64,000 bases of DNA from Bacillota bacterium (GCA_012839815.1 DUMQ01000098.1:376-64375), one strand, 5' to 3'. Counted from the first letter of the stretch, positions 43,581-53,628 are shown. Numbers and translations: made by a program. Notes: generated by a model from the letters alone, not told the origin.

Positions 43581-45698
43581 ATGCCAGAACGTGGCGTCCT
43601 GATTGTTGCAGCAGAAAATGATCGCTACCTTAGAGGACTAGGGGACCATCTACGCGATGCAGGCGTTGCGACTGTTTTCGCACAGGACGGAGAGATGGCA
43701 TTCATCAAAGCGCAGAGCATGAAACCGGATCTCATGGTGACCGATATATTGATTCCCAAACTCAATGGGCTTGAACTGTGCAACAGGATAAAAGGGAGCC
43801 CTGAGACCCGTGGTGTCAAGGTTCTCATCTCATCCATGCTCATGGCCAGGGAACGATGCCTTGAGGCCGGCGCTGATGCCTTTTTACCCAGGACCGCGAG
43901 CCGCGCCCAGTTAGCCCGGGCGGTTTTCGGAATGCTGGGCCTTGATGTGGAACGTGACGTTATCCAGGACAAACTCCAGAAACTCATGAAGCTCAGAAAG
44001 GTCATCCGGGCTATGACCTCTTTATCAGATCCCGCATTCATGCTTAAGGAAGTCATAAAACAGGTAGCTGAAATCCTGGATGCAAGCGGGTGCGCCGTGC
44101 TCGTGAAGAGAGGTGCAGATATCCTGGAGCTTGGCCCCTCCGTGGGTGTGGACAAGGAGATGGTCGAGGACTTTACCGGGAACATATCGGACGGTATCGC
44201 CAGGATCGCGAATCGCCTTTGGGGGGCCGGGTCGCTGGCATCTGGATCCGGTACAGCCGCGGAATCTGGATCTCGTGTGGCAACAGGGGCGACGGAAGCA
44301 GCGCAGTGGGAGACATTAATCAGTGCTCCTTTGATAGAGGGGAATGACAGGCTTATCGGCATACTGGTGGCAGTGGCATCAGGGGCGGGTTGCGAAATGG
44401 GCGCCGAGGATGAGGAGGTCATTTCGGCCCTGGCCGATCTATTGACCATAGCCATCAGAATCTCGCGACTGCAGGAGAGGATTGGGGTCGACGCCTTCAA
44501 CAGGGATTCGCTTTGCTCGGAAGAGCCGCAGGGTTCCAATGGGTACCAGGGATACAAGGACGTGATAACCTCGCTTTATGATACGGTGGTCAAGCAGATG
44601 ACTGACGGGATCATAGTCTGCGATGCCACCGGCCGGATAATCCAGGCAAACAGGGCCGCGCAAAGGCTCCTTGGATTGGATGCTGCGTCAATGAGCAAAT
44701 TCACGCTCGACGCCCCGGAGATAGGCTTGACCACGCTCGATGGCAAAAGCCCGCCGCACGATGAATTCCCGGTAAACATATCATTGAGAACCTGCAGGAG
44801 GGTGACGGGTAAGGAATTCAGTTTGAAGAGATGGGGTATAATCATCGAGCTCTCGACGTTCCCGTTGAAAACCGAGGAGTGCAGAGTCGTCGGGGTTGTT
44901 GCGGTTCTCCGGGATATAACCCAGCGCTGGGAGCTTGAAAAGATGAAGACTAATTTCGTGTCAGTGGCCTCTCATGAACTCCGGACGCCGTTGACATCCA
45001 TCCGGGCTTATGTGCAGCTAATGCTGGCAGGCCGGATGGGCCAGGTGGACGAGAAGTGGAGAGGGGCTCTGGAGGTTGTATCACGAAATGTCGAGCGTAT
45101 GACGAATATAATAAACGATATCCTGGATGTCGCAAGGGTCGGCGAGGGAAGGTTGCCTTTGAATAAAACGGAAATCGACCTGGCTGACGTGGCATTTATG
45201 GCTGTGCTTGAAATGGGGACCCTGGCGGCCAATAAGAATATAAATATCGAAACGCAGATTCCCCATGGCGTCATAGGAGAATGGGATAGGCAAAGACTCC
45301 ACCAGGTGTTCGCAAACCTTCTTGATAATGCCATAAAATTTACTCCCCCGGGGGGCAAGATCTATGTACGGGTCAGGGCGGAGGGAGGGGCTGTTCACGT
45401 CGAGGTTCAGGATACAGGTAGGGGCATAAATCCATCGGAGCTGACGAGGATTTTTGAGCCGTTTTATCAGGCAGGGGTGGGAGGTGGAGCGGGCGAGCCC
45501 GACGATAGGGGAGCGCGAGGTGTCGGCTTGGGCCTCGCGATCTGTAAAGGCATTATTGAAGGTCACGGGGGTAGGATTTGGGCGGAGAGTTATGAGGGGA
45601 AGGGCACCACATTTCATTTTACATTACCCCTTAGGGAAGGCGATCCTAAAGATATCAATCCCGGAGATGGAGCGGGAGATCTTGACAGGGTCAAATAA
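43581..45698 (+). CDS. Hybrid sensor histidine kinase (N-terminal receiver + GAF/PAS-like sensor region + HisKA + HATPase_c)
   Basis: Receiver: VLIVAAENDRYL...DLMVTDILIPKLNGLELCNRIK. H-box: SVASHELRTPLTSIRAYVQLM. ATPase: NLLDNAIKFTPPGGKIYVRV...VQDTGRGINPSELTRIFEPFYQ...GLGLAICKGIIEGHGGRIWAES. Confidence 0.85.
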   Translation: MPERGVLIVAAENDRYLRGLGDHLRDAGVATVFAQDGEMAFIKAQSMKPDLMVTDILIPKLNGLELCNRIKGSPETRGVKVLISSMLMARERCLEAGADAFLPRTASRAQLARAVFGMLGLDVERDVIQDKLQKLMKLRKVIRAMTSLSDPAFMLKEVIKQVAEILDASGCAVLVKRGADILELGPSVGVDKEMVEDFTGNISDGIARIANRLWGAGSLASGSGTAAESGSRVATGATEAAQWETLISAPLIEGNDRLIGILVAVASGAGCEMGAEDEEVISALADLLTIAIRISRLQERIGVDAFNRDSLCSEEPQGSNGYQGYKDVITSLYDTVVKQMTDGIIVCDATGRIIQANRAAQRLLGLDAASMSKFTLDAPEIGLTTLDGKSPPHDEFPVNISLRTCRRVTGKEFSLKRWGIIIELSTFPLKTEECRVVGVVAVLRDITQRWELEKMKTNFVSVASHELRTPLTSIRAYVQLMLAGRMGQVDEKWRGALEVVSRNVERMTNIINDILDVARVGEGRLPLNKTEIDLADVAFMAVLEMGTLAANKNINIETQIPHGVIGEWDRQRLHQVFANLLDNAIKFTPPGGKIYVRVRAEGGAVHVEVQDTGRGINPSELTRIFEPFYQAGVGGGAGEPDDRGARGVGLGLAICKGIIEGHGGRIWAESYEGKGTTFHFTLPLREGDPKDINPGDGAGDLDRVK

Positions 45699-45730
45699 GC
45701 AGGGGTGGGTATCATGGGAGGGGCTGCTCT

Positions 45731-46123
45731 TTGAGGCGGATTTTGGTCGCAGATGATGATGCCGACATTCTCGACGTCCTCAGGTTTGTGCTGGCGCAGG
45801 AAGGGTATGAGGTGCTGACCACAATGGATGGGCTGGAGGCCGAACGTATCGCGCTCCAGGAAGCACCCAACCTCATCATCATTGACGCGGTGATGCCCGG
45901 CAAGAGCGGTTGGAGGGTCTGCGAGTCATTGAAGTCATCTCCGGGGATGGGACACATCCCTATTATCATTTTATCAGGCTGGTCCCAGACTAAAGATATC
46001 GAGAGAGGGAAGGAAGTCGGGGCCGACGACGTTGTGGTTAAACCCTTTGATATTGAGGACCTCGTCCGCCGGGTTAAGGCGCTGGAGGAGAGAAGTACCG
46101 GAGGAAGCCGGGAGCAGGGCTAA
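45731..46123 (+). CDS. Single-domain CheY-like response regulator
   Basis: RILVADDDADILDVLRFVLAQEGYEV...LIIIDAVMPGKSGWRVCESLK...VVVKPFDIEDLVRRVKAL shows receiver-domain D-D-D/K residues; no output domain. Confidence 0.85.
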   Translation: MRRILVADDDADILDVLRFVLAQEGYEVLTTMDGLEAERIALQEAPNLIIIDAVMPGKSGWRVCESLKSSPGMGHIPIIILSGWSQTKDIERGKEVGADDVVVKPFDIEDLVRRVKALEERSTGGSREQG

Positions 46124-46276
46124 AGGCTGGAAGTCAGGGGTTGAAAAGGGTATAATTTAAAGGGTAGCATGTAGGGCATCATTTAGTGACGTATGATGTA
46201 GGGATGTATCTTTGTAAATTGAGAATTTAGAGACGTCCTGACGTAAAGAGATATCGGGCGGGGGAATCATGGGCGG

Positions 46277-48679
46277 ATGGCCAGTATTCGCGGGATAGTT
46301 GAACGGATAACTTATCGGAATGAAGAAACGTGTTATACAGTTGCCAGGCTGAGGCGCGACGGAACGAGGGTTACGGATAATCTTACCACAGTGGTGGGGA
46401 TATTCCCGTTTATCACGCCGGGTGAGACCTTGAAGCTCGAGGGGGAGTGGGTTTCCCATCCCGAATACGGCCTCCAATTCAAGGTATCGCGCGCAGAGAC
46501 GGTCGTCCCCGCCACAATCAACGGGATCGAGAAGTACCTTGGCTCAGGCCTTATAAAGGGTATAGGCCCTGTAACGGCGCGCAGGCTCGTAAAGCATTTC
46601 GGCCTGGAGACCCTGGATGTGATAGAAAACAGGCCCGATCGCTTGACCGAGGTTGACGGCATAGGGCCCAAAAAGGCTGAGGTCATCCGGCGCGGTTTCG
46701 CAGAGCAAAGGGAAATCCAAAACGTCATGGTATTCCTGGGAGAATACGGCGTAAGCCCGACTTATGCCGTTAAAATATTCAAAAGGTACGGCAATGATGC
46801 GATCGCCGTGGTTCGGCAAAATCCTTACCGCCTGGCGGATGAGATCTTCGGAATAGGGTTCAAGACGGCGGACAAGATCGCCAGCAAGCTTGGCATCGAG
46901 CCGTCATCCCTTTCGAGGGTAGCTGCGGGGGTGCGGTATTTCCTCAACCAGCGGGCCGAGGATGGCCACGTGTTCTATCCGGTTGAGGGGCTCGCATCGG
47001 AGGCCGCAAAGATGCTTGATGTGCCTGAGGCTCGGGTCGATGAAGCCCTTGAGGGCTTGGAGCGTGAAGGGGTTATAATACGGGAGGGCACGCGGATATA
47101 CCTGGCAGCGTTTTACCATTGCGAGCGGGGCGTAGCTGAGCGGCTCGGCAGGCTTGCGCGTATCGCGCCGAGGCCGCTGCGCGTCGATCTCGATAGGGAG
47201 CTCCTGGAACTTGGCAGTAAGACGGGGGTCGCTCTCGCGCCAGACCAGAGGCGTGCCGTTGAGACGGCTCTCAGGGCGGGCGTTGTGGTCTTGACTGGCG
47301 GTCCCGGCACGGGCAAGACCACAACCGTAAGGAGTATTATAAGGATCTTTGAGGCGCATGGCCTCAAGGTTCTCCTGGCGGCCCCTACAGGCAGGGCGGC
47401 GAAACGCCTATCCGAGGCTACCGGCCGCGAGGCTAAAACCTTGCACAGGCTTCTTGAGGTTGGGTTTTGTGCCACGGGCATAGAGTTTGCCAGGAATGAA
47501 GCGAATCCGCTCGATGCGGATGCCGTAATTGTAGACGAGGTCTCCATGGTTGATATCGTGCTTATGTATGATCTTCTTAAGGCCATAAGGCCGGGCACCC
47601 GGCTCATCCTGGTTGGCGACGCTGACCAGCTGCCTTCGGTGGGCCCGGGCAATGTTCTCCGCGATATAATCGAGTCGGGCGCGGTGAGCGTCGTTAGACT
47701 GCAGGAGATATTCAGGCAAGCCCGTAACAGCATGATTATCGTCAATGCCCACAGGATAAACCGGGGGGAGTTCCCCCTGCTCAACAGGCGCACGGCCGGC
47801 AAGGGAGCGGGTAGCAGGGATGCTGGTAGCAAGGATCTCGGTAGCAAGGATGCCGGCAGTAAAAGTGCCAGTAGCGGGGATGCCGGCATTGCTTGTGGCA
47901 GTATTGCTAGTAGCATTGCTGGTGGTAGGATTGCTGGGGGCATTGCTGACGGCGATACCGGCGGCCGGCCGGTCCCGGGCGACTTCTTTTTTATAGATGA
48001 GGAGGACCCGGAGAAGGTTGCAGGGACCGTGGTGGAGCTCGTAGCAAGGCGCATACCTGGGTACCTGCGGTGTCACCCCATTGATGATATCCAGGTTATA
48101 ACCCCCATGAGGCGGACTGTAACCGGGGTGGACAACCTGAACATCGCGCTTCGTGAGGCGCTGAACCCGCCGGCTCCCGGAAAGGTCGAGATCAGGCATG
48201 GTATGAGCGTTTTGAGACAGGGCGATAAGGTAATGCAGATAAGAAATAACTATAATAAGATGGTGTTTAACGGGGATATCGGCCGGATTGAACACATTGA
48301 TGAAGAAGACAGGGTCATAGTGGTTTCATACCCCGACTCGGATGGGACAAGGAGCGGCGCGAGCGGGACGAGAAGGGTTGAGTATGAACAGCACGAACTG
48401 GACGAGCTCGTCCTGGCTTACGCCATGTCGGTTCACAAGAGCCAGGGCGGCGAGTACCCGGTGGTTGTCATGCCCGTCACGACCCAGCACTATATGATGC
48501 TCCAGAGAAACCTTCTTTACACGGGGATAACCCGGGCGAAACGACTTGTTGTGCTGGTCGGGACGAAAAAGGCCATTGCCATTGCTGTAAAGAACACGAA
48601 GACCGATAGCCGGTATACGGCCCTCGCGGAGGGTTTAAGGGCCATGTGCCAGAGATCGCTCTCGATGGAATTACCTTAA
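46277..48679 (+). CDS. recD2: RecD2-type ATP-dependent DNA helicase (RecD-like, SF1)
   Basis: N-terminal HhH region. Walker A LTGGPGTGKTT; LAAPTGRAAKRL; DEVSMVD (motif II); C-terminal ...YAMSVHKSQGGEYPVVVMPV (motif VI region). In-frame low-complexity insert (GAGSRDAGSKDLGSKDAGSKSASSGDAG...). Confidence 0.85.
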   Translation: MASIRGIVERITYRNEETCYTVARLRRDGTRVTDNLTTVVGIFPFITPGETLKLEGEWVSHPEYGLQFKVSRAETVVPATINGIEKYLGSGLIKGIGPVTARRLVKHFGLETLDVIENRPDRLTEVDGIGPKKAEVIRRGFAEQREIQNVMVFLGEYGVSPTYAVKIFKRYGNDAIAVVRQNPYRLADEIFGIGFKTADKIASKLGIEPSSLSRVAAGVRYFLNQRAEDGHVFYPVEGLASEAAKMLDVPEARVDEALEGLEREGVIIREGTRIYLAAFYHCERGVAERLGRLARIAPRPLRVDLDRELLELGSKTGVALAPDQRRAVETALRAGVVVLTGGPGTGKTTTVRSIIRIFEAHGLKVLLAAPTGRAAKRLSEATGREAKTLHRLLEVGFCATGIEFARNEANPLDADAVIVDEVSMVDIVLMYDLLKAIRPGTRLILVGDADQLPSVGPGNVLRDIIESGAVSVVRLQEIFRQARNSMIIVNAHRINRGEFPLLNRRTAGKGAGSRDAGSKDLGSKDAGSKSASSGDAGIACGSIASSIAGGRIAGGIADGDTGGRPVPGDFFFIDEEDPEKVAGTVVELVARRIPGYLRCHPIDDIQVITPMRRTVTGVDNLNIALREALNPPAPGKVEIRHGMSVLRQGDKVMQIRNNYNKMVFNGDIGRIEHIDEEDRVIVVSYPDSDGTRSGASGTRRVEYEQHELDELVLAYAMSVHKSQGGEYPVVVMPVTTQHYMMLQRNLLYTGITRAKRLVVLVGTKKAIAIAVKNTKTDSRYTALAEGLRAMCQRSLSMELP

Positions 48680-48731
48680 ACTAACTTGGTGATGAAATCA
48701 CTCCAATGGATGTAGTAAATCATTCGAACGG

Positions 48732-50789
48732 GTGATTGAGGAGAGTGCTTCTGTCTGGTATGCTGGGGATGAAGGACGAAGATCGCACGCCCGGGCCCGT
48801 TTGTTAGCCTGGAGGTCGGAGCCCGGGAGAGGTAAGACCGTGCTTCTCGACCCACGTTATCACATCTATGTGGCGGTGGCGACCGGAGGCAGGACCCACC
48901 GCCTGGGCATCACTCATAATCTCTCAATCGATGGAAACTTCTTCGGAGCGAAAGGCTACAGCGAACTTTTTATTGTTTTGGCGGGGCTCCCGCTGGCGCT
49001 GGCGGACTATGCCTTGGCTACGACTTTCGGCCAGGGGGCGTGTCGCAGGGGGCCTCTGGACCTCAGCGATTCCCATTACGATCCCCATTGCGTTCGTCAC
49101 AACCTGTCCCGGATATCGAGACGCCTGGTGGCCTCGTTGCGTAAAATAGGGTACAGGGGCGGGGTATATGGGCGGATGTGCACTGTGAGTAGGAGTAATC
49201 TTACCACTCAGGTTGCGGAGATGTTGTGCGCGCATGGGCAAATCCGGGAAAGCCTGGTCCGGGATGCGCTGGACGGGCGCATCCTGTTTCGTTGGGAGCT
49301 TGTGAGGGCGGTGAGGGAGAATGGGGGTATGCCGGATGCCCCTATCGAGGATATCCTGCAGGTGCTCTGGCTCAAGGGCCAGATTGACCGACTGCCGGCC
49401 GTCGAGATTGGGTTGGATGGTATTCCCAGGTGCAGCAGGTGTGGGGGCACCGGCGACATAGCCCGGGTGGCATGTGCCTCTTGCGGGGACGAACGTTGCC
49501 TCGTGTGCGTTGAGTGCGCGGCGATGGGGGAGGCGAGAGGCTGCAGGGCGCTCTACGCCGGGGTCAAATCCGATCAGGCTCGGGCCCGGGTAGCCGAAAC
49601 CCGGTTGGTAGAGGACGATCACTATGCGGTGAGCGCTTGTCATCTCGTCGGCCCGAATTTCGACTTTGAGCTTACTCCAGCTCAGGAGGCCGCCGCTCGC
49701 GTCATTGTGGACGCTCTTTCATCGCCGGCTCAGACATCGCCCGCCCGGAGGGAATGCCTGGTCTGGGCGGCCTGCGGGTCTGGAAAGACGGAGGTCTCCT
49801 TTGCTGCGATCGGCCGCACCCTAGCCCGGGGTGGGAGGGTGCTTTTCGCCATTCCGCGGAGGGATGTGGTGGTGGAGCTGGGACCGCGGCTACGGCGAGC
49901 CTTTCCGGGCGTTGATATAGCCGTGTTGCATGGGGATGCGGTGAAGCGTTATCCCAGGGCGTCAATTATAATTGCCACGACGCACCAGGTCATCAGGTTT
50001 TACCGTTCTTTCGACCTGGTCGTTCTCGATGAGTTTGACGCCTTCCCTTACCGGGGCAACAGGATGCTCCAATACGCCGTGAGGCGGGCTGTGAGGGAAG
50101 ATGGTTTCATTGTGCTGATGAGCGCGACGCCAGATTCCGCCACAAGATTAAGGGCCAGGTGGGGCGAGATCACGGTCGCTTGGATCCCGGCGCGGCACCA
50201 CGGGAAGCCGCTCCCTGAGCCGGAGCTTGTTATTGAGGAGTTTTGGAGGGCCGGGACAATTGAGGGAAGGGCGGCAGGAATCATAGAGGAGTGTGTGCTC
50301 CGGCGTGGAGTTCAGGTTTTCGTCTTCGTCCCCACCATACAGCTTGCGGAGGATGTGGCCCGTAGCCTTGATGCGAGCCTTCGGTCCCGGCTTGCGGGAC
50401 TTGGGACTCACCATGCCGGGGAGGGGTGCTCCGGCCTGCTGGTGGGATACAGCCATTCCAGGGACCCGGCTCGGGGCGAGAAAATCAGGCTTTTTAAGGA
50501 GGGAAAGCTTCGGGCTCTTGTCTCGACGACCATCATGGAACGCGGCATTACAGTCACCTTCGCCGATGTTGTGGTTCTATTCGCCGATTATGAGGCCATA
50601 TTCGACGAGGCGGCGCTCGTTCAGATGGCAGGAAGGGCGGGCCGGAGTGGAGCTTATCCTGATGCCAGGGTATGGTTTGTCGCGAGAAGGGAAACGGGTG
50701 CGATGCGGGGCGCCCTGCGAGCGATCAGGGAGATGAACGCTAGGGCAATGGAAGCGGGTTATCTGGATGAAGCTCCTTGCCCTCGATGA
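48732..50789 (+). CDS. comFA: ComFA-like DEAD/DEAH-box helicase with 4-Cys zinc-finger (competence protein ComFA family), long N-terminal extension
   Basis: Cys cluster (CSRCGGTGDIARVACASCGDERCLVCVEC). Walker A AACGSGKTEV. Motif II LVVLDEFDAFPY (ComFA-type DExD-AFPY). Immediately upstream of comFC. Confidence 0.7.
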   Translation: MIEESASVWYAGDEGRRSHARARLLAWRSEPGRGKTVLLDPRYHIYVAVATGGRTHRLGITHNLSIDGNFFGAKGYSELFIVLAGLPLALADYALATTFGQGACRRGPLDLSDSHYDPHCVRHNLSRISRRLVASLRKIGYRGGVYGRMCTVSRSNLTTQVAEMLCAHGQIRESLVRDALDGRILFRWELVRAVRENGGMPDAPIEDILQVLWLKGQIDRLPAVEIGLDGIPRCSRCGGTGDIARVACASCGDERCLVCVECAAMGEARGCRALYAGVKSDQARARVAETRLVEDDHYAVSACHLVGPNFDFELTPAQEAAARVIVDALSSPAQTSPARRECLVWAACGSGKTEVSFAAIGRTLARGGRVLFAIPRRDVVVELGPRLRRAFPGVDIAVLHGDAVKRYPRASIIIATTHQVIRFYRSFDLVVLDEFDAFPYRGNRMLQYAVRRAVREDGFIVLMSATPDSATRLRARWGEITVAWIPARHHGKPLPEPELVIEEFWRAGTIEGRAAGIIEECVLRRGVQVFVFVPTIQLAEDVARSLDASLRSRLAGLGTHHAGEGCSGLLVGYSHSRDPARGEKIRLFKEGKLRALVSTTIMERGITVTFADVVVLFADYEAIFDEAALVQMAGRAGRSGAYPDARVWFVARRETGAMRGALRAIREMNARAMEAGYLDEAPCPR

Positions 50790-51138
50790 CCGAAATTCAG
50801 CCGGCGCAAGCCCCGCCCTCCAGGGCTGGGGATAAGGCGGATTGCATTATACTATGCCACGCAGTATAATGTTACCATGAAACGCGAGTTCGAGTCGAAC
50901 AAGAACATCGTCTACTCGTGCAAGTACCATGTGGTGCCGACCTTATGGACACAGTTATCTGGCCGGGTGCGGAACGGCTCCTGCGGGCGGCGTGGCGGCG
51001 GGCTGTAGTAGAGAACCAACCTGCGAGTGGAAGGATTCCTTCCTCCTTCGGGTATACCCGGAGTCAGAGCGGGGCGTCCGCAGAATGGAAGACAACCGAG
51101 GCTACAAAGAGACTCCGGGAGGGTGACTTCCAAAAACC

Positions 51139-51963
51139 ATGATATCGTTCGTGGATGCGCTCTTAGAACTCCTTTTCCCTCCGGCGGCGCTGTGCGGACT
51201 ATGCGGAAGGCCGCTTGCTGGCAAGCGTTTGAGTGTGGCTGGCGTAGGCCGGAACTGGCTAATCGACCGGAGCATAATGTGGGAGGCCCGGGGAACTATA
51301 TGCTCTACCTGTTTGAGGCGGATACCGTTTGTCGTCGCGCCATTCTGTATAAAGTGCGGAAAGCCTCTGCGTGCCGCGGCTCGAGATAATGAGAGCACTT
51401 GTTTAGATTGCCGGTCCTGGGGGCGATTCTTCCGGAAGGCCCGGGCCGTGGGGGTTTATGATGGGATCTTGCGCGAGCATATTCATGCCCTAAAATACCA
51501 GGGGCAGCGTAGGGTGGCCGGGGCCCTCGGCTTCCTTATGGCCGGTGTAGCCAGCAGGGAGCAGGGCATGGATTCGGTCGACCTTATAGTACCGGTACCT
51601 CTTCATAGCCGGAGATATGTGGAGCGGGGATTCAACCAGGCCGAGCTGATTGCCGGATCTGTTGGCAGGTATCTGGGTGTGCCTGTAGCCGGGCACGTGC
51701 TTTTTCGCTTGCGGCAGACCCGGTCGCAGAGTAGGCTCTCCCGGGGGGACCGGAGGGACAACTTGAGGGGGGCGTTTCAGGTTGCAAATCCAGGTGACGT
51801 GGCGGGCAGGTCAGTCCTCGTGGTAGATGACGTCTTGACGACGGGCGCCACGGCTGATGAATGCTCGAGGGTCTTGTTGAGGGCGGGCGCCCGGGAGGTC
51901 TACGTGCTGACCGCGGCCGCCGGTGCAATGGAACGGGAATGGAGGACTGATTCAAAAGGCTGA
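51139..51963 (+). CDS. comFC: ComFC/GntX-family phosphoribosyltransferase-domain competence protein
   Basis: N-terminal Cys pairs (CGLCGRPL...CIKCGKPL...CLDC). PRTase motif SVLVVDDVLTTGATADE. Confidence 0.8.
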   Translation: MISFVDALLELLFPPAALCGLCGRPLAGKRLSVAGVGRNWLIDRSIMWEARGTICSTCLRRIPFVVAPFCIKCGKPLRAAARDNESTCLDCRSWGRFFRKARAVGVYDGILREHIHALKYQGQRRVAGALGFLMAGVASREQGMDSVDLIVPVPLHSRRYVERGFNQAELIAGSVGRYLGVPVAGHVLFRLRQTRSQSRLSRGDRRDNLRGAFQVANPGDVAGRSVLVVDDVLTTGATADECSRVLLRAGAREVYVLTAAAGAMEREWRTDSKG

Positions 51964-52054
51964 GAGAGCAAAAGGACGAGAGATATCTTCTCAGAACCCC
52001 CCTGGCCTTAGCCATGGGGAGGTTCAGACCTTGAGAAACGGGGGAAACAGTAAT

Positions 52055-53083
52055 ATGAATTCTTATGAGCGCGTAGTGACCACCTTGTCGGGGGAGATCC
52101 CGGATAGGGTGCCGACCTTTGAGCTTCTGGTGGACCCCGGGGTCATGAGGCAGATCACCGGTAGCGATGATTACCTCGATTTTTGCGAGCAGGTTGAGCT
52201 GGATATAGTATTGACGAACACGCCCTCAAAGCTTTATGAGGAAAAGGTGCTTGATGCCGGGAAGGGCCTGGTCATAAACGAGTGGGGGGTAGTGCGCCGT
52301 TACGGCGAGCAGGCTGTCTCCATTCCCGTAGAAGGTCCCATCAAGGACCCTCATGATCTGGATTCATATCGACCCCCGGATCCCTATGCCGAGAAGCGTT
52401 ACGAGCAGCTTAGAGCCATCGTCAAGCGCTTCAAGGGAAAGAAGTTCATCGGCATGCACCTTCATGATGCCTTCAACTATCCCTTCTATTTGCGCGGCAT
52501 GGAGCAGTTCTTCATGGATACGGTCGAGAATCCGGAGCTTGTGCACCGTCTTGTCCGGTTGTCCGTTGACCATAACATAGCCATAGCCGAGCGTGCCATC
52601 GACCTTGGCGCGGACTTCATCATCCTTGGTGATGATTACGGGAGCAGCGGCAACCTACTGATGTCCCCCAAGACATTTCGTGAGTTTATAATCCCCGGGC
52701 TCAGGGAGGTCGTCCAGGCGGTCAAGGCCAAGGGCGCTTACTGCTTCAAGCACTGCTGCGGCAATATCAACGCCATCCTCGATGATGTGGTGGGCTCTGG
52801 CATCGACGCCCTGCACCCGTTTGATGCCGCCGCCGGCATGGATATCGTGGGCGCCAAAGCCCGGTACCCCAGGCTGACGGTGATGGGCGGCATAAACTGC
52901 GGCGCGCCCTTGAGCGATTACCCGGTGGAGGACCTGGTGGAGGAGGTCAAGCGGACACTGGCCGCTTTAATGCCTGGCGGCAGGTATATCCTCTCGTCCA
53001 GCAACACTATCCACAATAAGGTCAGGCCTGAGAACGTCCTCGCCATGTGGAGGACGGTGCGCGAGTTCGGGGTTTATCACTAA
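52055..53083 (+). CDS. Uroporphyrinogen decarboxylase (URO-D) family protein, possibly MtaA/CmuA-like methyltransferase
   Basis: Approximately 340 aa with a URO-D-like profile (YERVVTTLSGEIPDRVPTFELLVDPGVM...; ...FIILGDDYGSSGNLLMSPKTFREFIIPGL...HCCGNINAILDDVVGSGIDALHPFD). GGGGGAAACAG RBS upstream of ATG 52055. Confidence 0.7.
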   Translation: MNSYERVVTTLSGEIPDRVPTFELLVDPGVMRQITGSDDYLDFCEQVELDIVLTNTPSKLYEEKVLDAGKGLVINEWGVVRRYGEQAVSIPVEGPIKDPHDLDSYRPPDPYAEKRYEQLRAIVKRFKGKKFIGMHLHDAFNYPFYLRGMEQFFMDTVENPELVHRLVRLSVDHNIAIAERAIDLGADFIILGDDYGSSGNLLMSPKTFREFIIPGLREVVQAVKAKGAYCFKHCCGNINAILDDVVGSGIDALHPFDAAAGMDIVGAKARYPRLTVMGGINCGAPLSDYPVEDLVEEVKRTLAALMPGGRYILSSSNTIHNKVRPENVLAMWRTVREFGVYH

Positions 53084-53176
53084 AATATTCGCAAGAATAT
53101 TCTCGGCTAAAACCTATGATATAGTAAAAACAAAAAGCTGATTCTGGCTTTCCTTTTTGGCACTCGCATAGGGAGT

Positions 53177-53205
53177 CTCGCATCTCTCCGCCCGGCGGAC
53201 GCGGC
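53177..53205. repeat. Copy B of the ~30-bp dispersed repeat (CTCGCATCTCTCCGCCCGGCGGACGCGGC)
   Basis: Matches 25047-25080. A CTCGCAT half-copy also lies 15 nt upstream at 53162-53169. Confidence 0.7.
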
Positions 53206-53236
53206 TAAGTGTAAGTTCGAAGATTATCGCCCTTTT

Positions 53237-53361
53237 CCCAGGGGTTGCCGGTGCTTGCGTAACGGGGCCTTTTGAAATTTGGCAAGGCCCTCGCGCCAAA
53301 TTTCAACGGAGGTGCGCCGCAAGCGCGCCGTCCCCGGAACGCAACACCGGCAACCCCTGGG
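53237..53361. other. ~125-nt nested inverted-repeat element (24-bp outer stem CCCAGGGGTTGCCGGTGCTTGCGT / ACGCAACACCGGCAACCCCTGGG; inner perfect 12-bp IR TTGAAATTTGGC / GCCAAATTTCAA); candidate structured RNA or MITE-like element
   Basis: Inverted repeats read directly from the sequence. No T-run follows. Confidence 0.6.
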
Positions 53362-53535
53362 ACGTGCTGGTAAACTGGCGCAAATTAAGGAACCTACACT
53401 TAGCTGTTTAATGGCATTACCATCAACATGCTACTGTCCTTGAAGTTGCGCGTATAATTTGTATTATGTTATGAAATTTATGTGCATCAGGAGGAATTTT
53501 ACCGATATTTGTAGAATATTTATCTACAGGAAATC

Positions 53536-53590
53536 CAAACTGGTTTGCATAAACCGATTTGCATGCACTGGCTAAACCGGTTTGCAACAA
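53536..53590 (+). promoter_or_regulatory. Three direct copies of a LacI-family operator-like half-palindrome (AAACYGRTTTGCA) upstream of the LacI-family gene
   Basis: caaactggtttgcat / aaaccgatttgcatg / aaaccggtttgca. TGCAAACCGGTTTGCA-type palindromes resemble LacI/PurR/CcpA-family operators. Confidence 0.4.
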
Positions 53591-53628
53591 GATAATGCTG
53601 GTTTTATTCTCCGGAGGCATTGATACCA

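Noticed and set aside
43625-44557. 310-aa minus-strand ORF inside the hybrid histidine kinase gene
   Set aside because: Antisense to a gene with clear receiver/HisKA/HATPase motifs. Serine-rich low-complexity product.
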